Positions 53,801 to 64,000 of a stretch of DNA of 64,000 nucleotides are shown here, piece by piece. Within the stretch, counting starts at the first letter, position 1; every line of letters begins with the position of its first letter. The notes under the pieces are model-generated. The model was not told the DNA's origin. It saw only the letters and a program-made list of their open reading frames with translations, and made no database searches. The position numbers and the translations under genes were made by a program. Origin of the DNA: Octopus sinensis (taxonomy: Eukaryota); the NCBI RefSeq assembly GCF_006345805.1, contig NW_021833658.1, positions 1 through 64,000 on the forward strand. The letters run 5' to 3'.

Positions 53801-54567
53801 TATATCTATGTACAAGCTATCAGTCTCTCCCCTGAGTGCATATATATAAAAAATGGATCAAAGTTCTATCCCAGAACATAGGCTCTTAAGGCAAGTTCCT
53901 CAGATTCTGTGGTGTATACATTCCTCCTCTAGTTAGCTGAGTGGAGTGGAACAACGAGAGATGAGGTGTTTCGCTGTTTTTCTCAAGATGCTTCACCTGA
54001 TCCAGAACTCGAAACCACAATTTTATGATCGTGAATGCAACACTTCTTAACCATAAACCTATGTGCCGCCACATGCTACAGGAAGCTATATAGCTGCACT
54101 TCACACTAGAAATAGCATCTAAAATACAAATAGAACAGCATCATCTTGAAAGAGAAGGTCATATTGGATAAATGTAACCCCATTTGTACAGTTCCTGAGA
54201 AACAGACTGTATAGTCATTGGTGGAAAAAACTTCATAGGAGGTCAGCTCAGTCAGGGCTAAAGACTAAACAACTATAACAAACTGGATTGGTCCCAGATC
54301 TACTCCGTCAAAGTTGGCCTGGAGTCAAACAACAATAATATTGCTTTGAATGAAGGTCTGCTTGGTCAAGACTGACCTGGTCTGTAAAGATTGATCTGAT
54401 TAGACCGACCTGGGGTTAAACAATGACAACTTGGCTTTGATCAGTGTTCTGCTCAGACAAGACTGATCAAGGGTTAAACAAGAAGAAAAGCAACAACAGG
54501 TTCAGAAGAAACTTTCAGTGTAAACTTAGTTCCAACATGTCAGTATATTTTTGCCTGAATTTATAAC

Positions 54568-54848
54568 ATCATCATCATCATCATCATCATCATTTAACGT
54601 CCGTTTTCCATGCTAGCATGGGTTGGATGGTTCGACCGGGGTCTGGGAAGCCATGGAGGCTGCACCAGGCTCTAGTCTGATTTGGCAGTGTTTCTACAGC
54701 TAGATGCCCTTTCTAACACCAACCACTCCGTGAGTGTAGTGTGTGTTTTTTACGTGCCACTGGCACAGGGACCAGAGCAGGCTGGCAAACGGCTACGATC
54801 AGTTGGTGCCTTTATGCATCACTGACATGGATGCCAGCCAGGTGGCGC
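54568..54848 (-). mobile_element. SINE family C
   Basis: Family domain present. Confidence 0.85.
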
Positions 54849-54889
54849 TTATATATCTTTATTATTTAATGATGGCATTGAAATAACAA

Positions 54890-55180
54890 GCTATGGGCAG
54901 GTGCTGCAGGTCAGTTTAGCAGTATGTAGAATGGACAGTTGAGTCTTGGAGGAAATGGGAATAAAATAAAAGTTAGTGATGTTAGACAAGCATTGAAAGC
55001 GGCAATATTTTGGCCACATTATTAGAGCTCAGAACAAATCTACCCACATTTTAGTGGGTGAGTGAATGGAAAATAGGCTTATGGGTAACAAAGGCAAAGA
55101 TAGAGCAATGACAGAAAGGCCTGGATGAGGAGGACTTGGGAGGACTTAGGAGGAGAGTGTTAACTGCAGTGTGTGGCAAG
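54890..55180 (+). pseudogene. Old RTE-like LINE fragment
   Basis: VLEEMG..KRQYFGHIIRAQNKSTHILVG resembles the L.YFGH..R....I..G motif. Confidence 0.55.
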
Positions 55181-55666
55181 GAATGATAGTTATGTTCAGG
55201 CTCTCTGACCTCAAACAATCACCATATTCATTCACTTTGTATAAAACACGGAACAACATTTGGTCCTAAGTTAGTAATTGAATTAGTTTTAAGGGTTTGT
55301 GAGTGGGTTTAGCACTGATGAGGGAGAGACAAGGACAGTTTTACAGATTTTAGTAGAGTGAATGAATAAACGTTTATGGAAGTATGTACGTGTGTATTTC
55401 TGTATCTCCGTTCATGTGAGTATTCGCATATGTAAGTATATATGTGTGTGTGTGTGATTGTAAGCAAGAGAGAACAACACATCTCCCCTACTTTTATATG
55501 CTTTAAGCATAAATGAGCATAGCTGTGTGTGTGTGTTTGTGTGTGACCATGTTTGCATGTTTGTGTGTAGAATCGTGAATGCATAAATTATGAGAAATGC
55601 ATTGAAATAAAATACACACACATGCACACATACATGTGTGATGGTGACGATAATGATTATATATAT

Positions 55667-55705
<39 letters not shown>

Positions 55706-56086
55706 CATACATACATATATATACATACATACATACATACATACATATACACACACAAATACACACATATTTATTATATATATATGCATACATGTAAATA
55801 CATACATACACATGCACATACATGCATACACACATCACTACACGTGCTATTTTTTCTCCTCTCTTCCATGAAGGTAGGGAAAGAAATATTCAAAGAAAAC
55901 ATAAGGAATGTAGAAATTTGACTGTTCAATTTGGTTCTGACTGCCAACTGCACGTAAGCAGCTAAGGTTTTTGGTTTTAGCACAGTGGAAGATCAATATG
56001 GCAAAATAAATGTCTCTACGTGAAGCTATATCATATTATTCAGAGCTTTTTCTTTATGGATACACAACAACACACACACCATATAC

Positions 56087-56130
<44 letters not shown>

Positions 56131-56236
56131 TATAATTAATATATATATATATATGTGCATTATGCACATATATATACATATACATAAATTTATATATATT
56201 TACTATATAAACATATGCATGTATGTATATGTATAC

Positions 56237-56295
<59 letters not shown>

Positions 56296-56789
56296 ATGTA
56301 TATATTATGTATATTTTGTGTATGCATATAGTGTCTGTGTCCTTTCTAATTCTATCATATTTCAATTCCATTTCTTTCCTAACTCTTTGTTCTGCACAAC
56401 AACAACAAAAACAACAACCACTACTACTACTACTACTACTACTACAGCTTTTAGTTCTATGTTTCTTCTTGTTCTTTTCTTCCTTCCACTGGTCTATGTC
56501 ATTCCACTGAAACATATCTAGCATCAATCCATGCTCGTCATTTTTGCAATTTATCCATGATATCTTCTGTTGGTGATGCTGAACTTTCTGTTGTTATTGC
56601 CGTTGTTGTTGTTGTTGATGTTGTTACCGTTGTTGCTGTTTCTGTCTTTTAACATTCCACTGCTACACATACACACAAATATGTATGTGTGTGCGTGTGT
56701 GGGCATGTGTGTGTGAATAGAGACACACATATATATATATACATACACACTAGAGTGAGATATTGTTTGTTTTGAAGTTTATATACATA

Positions 56790-56820
<31 letters not shown>

Positions 56821-57626
56821 TGTAGACACATTGCATTTGGAAACCAATGTCTGATTGATCAGATGAATTCAAAGAGAGATCGACTAGTTCAATCAGTAAT
56901 TCAGTACATTGTCCAAAGACCAACTGGTACGAAGCATTGGTTCCCTCATCTTTTGAAAGCTTTTGTCTGTCTCAGCCGAGAAGTTTCTCAAAGTTATTTT
57001 TTCTAATGCTGATATCGGAATACATCGGGTTGTCGTCTAATGAGTCTGACTTAGTCTCATGTGTTTATAAGCTGTTTGCAGATATGGACATTGTGATTAT
57101 CTTTCAATAATATAATTCATGTGCCAACAAAGGGAACATCTATGTGCTTGAAATAGCTGCTAAATGTCCTTCAAATAAAACCCTACCATTTTAGAAAAGA
57201 ACTATACTTTAGAGAATGTGGCCCTTCCTTCTTTGTGTCCAAGAAAAAGACAGCATTGTCAAAAGGGGAAACAGCTGTGAGTTTATTTAATTATTTTATC
57301 CATTCTGACTTAGGAATACTCAACAAGAATATATTTCATTCTGATATTATCAGCATAACTCTGAGTTTTTGTGGTTTGTACCTTGCTTGTATTCTTTTAT
57401 TTTTTACATGTTTCAGCCCTAAGGCTGTGGCCATGCTGCAGCACTGCCAGTATATGTTTTATTGAACACTGAAGTTGCAACAATCTGTTTTCTGTCACGT
57501 CTGTTTTAGACCATGTGATCAGCATAACTTGTATCAGTTTAATGATTCCAACAACTTTTTTTCTTGGTTGTAGTTCAGTTGGTTAAGTTTACTATGTTAA
57601 AAACTGGGTCTGAGAAAGTTAGGAAA

Positions 57627-57808
57627 TCATCATCGTTTAACGTCTGCTTTCCATGCTAGCATGGGTCAGACGATTTTGACTGAGGGCTGGCGAACCAGAT
57701 GGCTGCACCAAGCTCCAATCTTGATTTGGCAGAGTTTCTACAGCTGGATGCCCCTCCTAACGCCAACCACTCCGAGAGTGTAGTAGGTGCTTTTTACATG
57801 CCACCGGT
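57627..57808 (-). mobile_element. SINE family C
   Basis: Family domain present. Confidence 0.85.
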
Positions 57809-58357
57809 ATGTAAATGTACTCCATAATGGCTTTTAATTGAGCTTTGTAAGCAGTGGGTCTCCTTTTTGCATGCATCTTATTTACAATATTGTGCGCACT
57901 CTATACTTCTGCACAACTTTGTGGAATTGTACAAGAGAGACATATTCTCTCCAAATCATCTTTCTACCAATGGTAAACCTAGAATTTTACAATCCATCAT
58001 CACAGACACCTTATAATTCTCAGAGTGTAAGACAAGGTTTGATGGATTTTATGCCCTTCGTAGAATCCATTACTTTATTCTCATATGGCATAAAATGCAT
58101 TGTCTTACAAAATGTACGTCCCCGCTAATCTTGTTTTTTTTTTTTTGTTTTTTTTGTCATCTCTCCTGAGTTCAAGCATCTTTTATTTTGTCATCTCCTC
58201 CATCATCCCTAGCAGTTCTTTCCACATTTCTTCCAGTCTTTCCTCTTCCTTGAGTACCTTTCACCAAGATCACAGTAACATTCACTATCCATTCACATCT
58301 CATATCACAAGTCCACACCAACACAGTCATCTTCCCAGCAGGATTCAGTCGATATCT

Positions 58358-58585
58358 TTAACTCTTTCGTTACTGTATTTATTTTTAAATGCTCTGTATT
58401 TCTTTCAATTACTTTAAATATAACAAAGAATTTAGTAAAATAACTTAGTCATCATTCAGCTAGTGCTAGGAACATAAATTGTGAGTAAGGTTTGGAGGAA
58501 GATTTCAATTCAAAACTTATGAAAACAGGACATTTATACTCAGAGCCAGAGCCAGTTTCAGCCGGGTTGGTAACAAAAGGGTTAA
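58358..58585. mobile_element. piggyBac-type MITE
   Basis: TTAA-flanked; same body as 37179 and 53574. Confidence 0.9.
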
Positions 58586-59245
58586 TACCTATCTACTGTG
58601 TTACCTTGTTCTGTTTCATGCAGTCATCTATTACACATTCCACAGATCACAAATTCTATCATTTTTTTCCATACTCCTCAAATATCCAACTTTCAATGCT
58701 CCATATATCACTGCCATGTAGTATCTCTCTTCTTCCGTGAGTTTCATATAGTCTAGACTTTCTCAGAGATAGATAAATTTTTTGTTCCTTCTTTCATGCC
58801 AATACTGGTGCAACGTGGATTATATGGATTAAAGATGAATTTATCCTTCTTTTGTTTTTGGCTTTGTTTTCTGTTCTTCTACTTAGTATTTTATATTTCT
58901 CCTTGGCTGGATGATGAAAATTGTATTCTATACTATAAGCAAGCCTCATAAAGCCTGTGAACTTAGAAGTAAATGTAGGAGTAAAACTATGTCAGTGGCT
59001 GATTTTTCATTTCCTCTCCACAAAGATGTTGCATGTAAATTGTATGTATCGTAATTGTCAACATTGTCATTGCTGTCACCGTTGCCGTTGCTACCACTGC
59101 TGCTGTTATCATCATAGTCATTTCAGCATCCAATTTTCCATACATGCATGGGGCAAATGAAATTTATTGAGGCTGATTTTCCACCACTGGATGCTCTCAC
59201 TGTGCTCAACTCTAACCTGTTTCCAAGCAAGGAAATACTTCCCAA

Positions 59246-59750
59246 TCATCATCATCATCATCATCATCGTTTAACATCTGCTTTCCATGCTAGCATGGGT
59301 TGGACGTATGACTGAGGGCTGGTGAACCAGATGGCTGCACCAGGCTTCAATCTTGATTTGGCAGAGTTTCTACAGCTGGATGCCCTTCCTAACGCCAACC
59401 ACTCCAAGAGTGTAGTGGGTGCTTTTAATGTGTCCCCGGCACGGCACCAGTCAGGTGGCACTGGCAATGACCTCAGTCGAATCTTTTACACATGCCACCG
59501 GCACAGGTGCCAGTAAGACGACGTTGGTAACGATCACGCTCAAGTGGTGTCTTTTATGTGCCACCAGCACGGAGGCCAGATAGCCACTCTAGCAATGATC
59601 ATGCTTGGATGGTGCTCTTGAAGGCGACGCTGGTAACGATCATGCTCAAATGGTGCCTTTTAAGTGCCACTGGCACGGAAGCCGGTTAGCTCTTTGCTCC
59701 CCACTAGCATGGACGCCAGTCATCAAATTTCATTTTGATTTTGATCCTTG
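59246..59750 (-). mobile_element. SINE family C with internal tandem subrepeats
   Basis: Repeated GTGCCAC..GCAC units. Confidence 0.85.
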
Positions 59751-60578
59751 ATTTTTGACAATGGTGAGATATATTATCTCAGAAGATTAGAAACAACAGA
59801 CTCCACTTGTATAATGGTGACATATGTTTACAACTAGCACATGGTGTAAAGATAAAGAAGGACAAATACATACACACGCACACACACACACACACATATA
59901 TATACATACATAAAAACGGCAGGCTTCTTGCCTTTTATTGACCAGAAGCAATTAGCGAAGATTCTTGCCCTTTTTGTACTCAGTTTTGTACTCTTTTAGC
60001 AAATCTGTACAATATTGTTCTTGCTGAGCAACATTACACATCTGGCAGAGAATGCTTGCTTCATATCCCATCAATCTACAGAGATACTCTGGATTCTAAA
60101 CCCACATTTTACAATCATGGCATATCATGCTTCATACACATCCCAACAGGCAATATATTCTTTGCTCAAAGACAGAATTCCCTTATTGCCCACTCAAATA
60201 ATAACTACATGAATTTTACCACAGTGTTCTTATTCTAGTTGCAATCATTTCTGTCAAAGCACCCTTCTCTGCTGGTGATTTGGTTGCCTAAGTTACATAA
60301 GCTATCGAGTACCTCTCTCACCCTTTCTCTCTCTGTCTCTCTCTCTCCAATATATATATATGTGTGTGTGTGTGTGTGTATATATATAGGGATAGATAGA
60401 TAGATAGATAGATAGATATAGATATACGTAGATAGTTAGATAGATAGATAGATAGATAGATGTATATATGCATATATATGTATTTATGTATAAATATATA
60501 TATGTATGCATATATATATGAATGCATATAGACACACATATATATTATTATATGTGTATATACATGTCATCTATGTCA

Positions 60579-60628
<50 letters not shown>

Positions 60629-60631
60629 TGC

Positions 60632-60670
<39 letters not shown>

Positions 60671-61299
60671 TGCATATATATATATATATATACATCAGGT
60701 CAACACACAAATAGTTCTTTGAAACCAAAGAGTGACAACAGATTATAAAATAATGTGGTGAAACAAGGTTATAGACACGTTGTTATATTGTCATTGCCAA
60801 GTAGCCATGTGGTAATGGTCTTTATTATCAACATCTCAGACATGGAAAATAAATCACCCAAAGATACACACATACATACATAGATAGGCTGTTACATACT
60901 TGCGCAAAGCTCACCCACATTCACAGATATATATACATACATATATTTTTTTATTTTTCACATTTGTGAACAATAACAGCATTGGTTATAGGTTTCCAAT
61001 TGGCCTGCTACTGGTTCATTGCATTTACAATGACAAAAGTAACAGGGGAGTGTTAGTGTAACTCAGGCGGAACAAATATCACAGGTTCCATAGTTTTATT
61101 TGAAAGCACCAGTTTATTAGTTTTCCTGCCGATGTTTACATCTTTCAGTGATATACACCGGTGAAAGATACACACCCACAAACACACACACACACACACA
61201 CATACACACATGCACACACAACTACGCTCCCACACATACAGAGCCTCCATGAACATTGACCAGACGGAGGCTATATATATATATATGTGTGTATATAAA

Positions 61300-61528
61300 G
61301 CGCGAGCTGGCAGAAACGTTAGTGTGCCGGGTGAAATGCTTATCGGTATTTCGTCTGCCGCTACGTTCTGAGTTCAAATTCCGCCGAGGTCGACTTTGCC
61401 TTTCATCCTTTCGGGGTGGATAAATAAAGTACCAGTTTCGCACTGGGGTCGATGTAATCGACTTAATCCCTTTGTCTGTCCTTGTTTGTCCCCTCTATGT
61501 TTAGCCCCTTGTGGGTAGTAAAGAAATA
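61300..61528 (+). mobile_element. SINE family B
   Basis: Matches 1229 and 13066. Confidence 0.9.
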
Positions 61529-61616
61529 TATATATATGTGTGTGTGTGTGTACATATACATACATATACACACACAAACATATAGATAGCTAAATAGATA
61601 GATAGATCCTGTATCG

Positions 61617-62241
61617 TTTATCTTTTATTCATTTCAGTCGTTGGACAATGGTCATGCTGGGGCACCACCTTGAAAGGATATTTTTAGCTGAATGATTTGA
61701 CCTTAGAATTTACTCTTTGGAAACTTGGTACTTATTCTATCTGTCCCTGAAGAGTGGAATGAAGGGGATATAAACAAGCTAGTACCAGTTGTCAAGCACC
61801 GGTGGGAAGTCAAATAGAAAAAAGACACCCTTACACGCACATGCACACTCACACACTCACAAACACACACATATGCACACACACACACTAACACATACAC
61901 ACACAAATACACACACACTCACACATTCACAAACACCCCCATACACACACACAAACACATATACACACAAATACACACACTCTCACAAACACACATATAT
62001 ACATACACACACTCACGCACACACACACACTAACACACACACAAATATGCACACACACACATATACACACACACACAAAAGGCTTCTTTCAGTTTCCATC
62101 TGCCAAATATACTTATAAGGCTTTGGTTGGTTCAGAGATGTCTATAGAAGACATTTGTCCAGGGTACCACACAGAGGGACTGAACCTGGTGTCATGTGAT
62201 TGGGAATCAAACTTCTTACCATACAGCCACCCTAGCACCTA
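61617..62241 (-). mobile_element. Diverged SINE family A with expanded internal (AC)n
   Basis: Tail at 61617-61810 and head at 62080-62241. Confidence 0.7.
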
Positions 62242-62271
62242 AATGTTATCCTCATCATCAACATTGAATGT

Positions 62272-62575
62272 TTGCTTTCCATGCTGGCATGGGTTAGACA
62301 GTTTGACTAAAACTGGTAAGATAGAGAGCTGCACCTTGTTCCAATCTAACTTGGCGTGGTTTCTACGGCTGGATGCCCTTCCTGATGCCAACCACTCCGA
62401 GAGTGTAGTGGGTGCTTTTTACGTGCCACCGGCACAGGTATCACAACTACAACTTCCATTTGGTATTTATTTTGATGTTGATGTACTTGACTCAATAGGT
62501 CTCCTCAAGCACAGCAGGTCACCCTACAATCCAAGGTAAGCACAGCAGGTCGTTCTGCAATCCAAGGTACTTTGG
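62272..62575 (-). mobile_element. SINE family C variant
   Basis: Family domain present. Confidence 0.8.
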
Positions 62576-62822
62576 ATATATATAAAGATATATACATATA
62601 CAATTTAGATTCAAATAAATATGGTACTTACTTTAGATGCACCAGAATTTTGTATGGTGTTATCCATAAAAATTTGCAGGGTGATTATAATCAAAAATAA
62701 GTAACAAGAATGACTCCGGTAATTTGGTACCAAATTTATAATAGTATCAGTGGAATTTCGAAACATGGTCGAAAGTAAAAATATTTGATTACACAGCTGC
62801 GTAACTCTCCATTTATCATATA

Positions 62823-63196
62823 TCTCTCTCTATATAACGGCAATTTGTCTGTGCGTTTCTGTGTGTCTTTTTTCTCGTACCTCACTCTGACCACGGCTTT
62901 CAACCGATTCTGATGAAACTTGACACACATAGCCCAATGTCATAATTCAAAACTAACGCAGCGAAAATTGAAAAGTTCCCCCAGTTCTGAAAAAAATCGA
63001 TAAATTCGACATGGGGTCGAGAATCAGAAACCCAAACCACAGACCGTTAGGGGACGCAACTCCACCTTTTTTAACTCTCAAAAAAAATTTACCATCATTT
63101 TTTCCCTTTTTTTGCTATTTTTTGGCTATAACTCTCTAAAAATGCTTTATAGTTATTTCCCTTACAAACCTGAGCAACGCCGGGCGATACTGCTAG
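62823..63196 (+). mobile_element. Non-autonomous Helitron
   Basis: A|TC...GAGCAACGCCGGGCGATACTGCTAG|T; 3' end shared with the 6919 element, interior different. Confidence 0.75.
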
Positions 63197-63231
63197 TATA
63201 TATATATATATAATATAATATATATACAACA

Positions 63232-63262
<31 letters not shown>

Positions 63263-63355
63263 TACTACATATATACATATAGCTAGTGCTAAGATCTCTC
63301 AATGGAGATGTAAGTTGTAACTATACTAGACAGTGACATTTTTTCTTTTTTTCCC

Positions 63356-63949
63356 CTATAACATAGCTGTTCTATAAGGAACTATGCTACTACATTTTGA
63401 CCCCAGGTAAACGTCTTTCCCAGCTAGTTAAAGACACACAACCTGTGTCTGATATATAGTGAGTAAGGGAATAAATCACTCCCCCCACCCCAGCCTGGCA
63501 GTAGACCATGGTTTCTGGGTTAAATGGTAGTAATGTTCTTTATTGAACAGCCATGTCATAGGAGCAAAATATGTTACCATTTAATATTGTTACTACCTAC
63601 TTATATCTTGTTTAGACATCTTAGAACTAGCTTCTATGCTTGTTAGTAGAACAGTGGCTGTCTGCTGCTTCTCTATCAATATATATCGTGAGTAGGAATG
63701 ATTGACTGCCATCTCTAGCAGGCAGGTAGCCTGTACCGATGAAGTGTAAAGACCCAGAAATCATGGTCTGCTGATCTTGCCAAGCCGGTGGTGGCGATAG
63801 TGGTGGTGGTGGTGGTGGGAGAGGAGTGATTCACTCCCTTAGTCACAATATATTGGACACAGGTTGTGTGTTGCTAACCAGCTGGAAAAGACGATTTCCT
63901 AGGGTTAAAATGTCGTAACGTAGTTATTTATAGAACAGCCATGTTATAG
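63356..63949. mobile_element. Foldback element/MITE with long imperfect inverted arms
   Basis: 63356-63520 is the diverged reverse complement of 63751-63949. Confidence 0.8.
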
Positions 63950-64000
63950 TGGCTAAAAAACGATACTATATATATATATATAATATATATATATATATAT

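Noticed and set aside
56851-56897. Pre-miRNA-like hairpin CTGATTGA..TCAATCAG
   Set aside because: Only 8 contiguous pairs, weak inner stem and no basal extension.

Overview
AT-rich, repeat-saturated eukaryotic DNA. The dense (AT)n/(AC)n/(GATA)n/(CAT)n microsatellites and the SINE families resemble an octopus (cephalopod) genome; this is inferred from recalled repeat families, not from a search. The window reads as intronic or intergenic. Almost all ORF-track entries are microsatellite or SINE artefacts. Supportable content: at least four SINE families in about 35 copies (three with tRNA-like heads, one seen only as body and tail); decayed LINE fragments (RTE, CR1, R4/Dong, HERO/NeSL-type); a piggyBac transposase fossil and TTAA-flanked MITEs; mariner-like and other TIR MITEs; two non-autonomous Helitrons; and one probable host terminal coding exon (44507-44732, +). 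The most striking unannotated signal is a set of minimal hammerhead-ribozyme motifs (stem I-CUGANGA-stem II-GAAA-palindromic stem III-NUH). They sit in several Penelope-like or retrozyme-like repeat families, often inside inverted repeats. They include a G3-C8 covariant core and a composite duplicate whose 5' end lies at a predicted cleavage site. Coordinates were read by eye and repeat ends are approximate.
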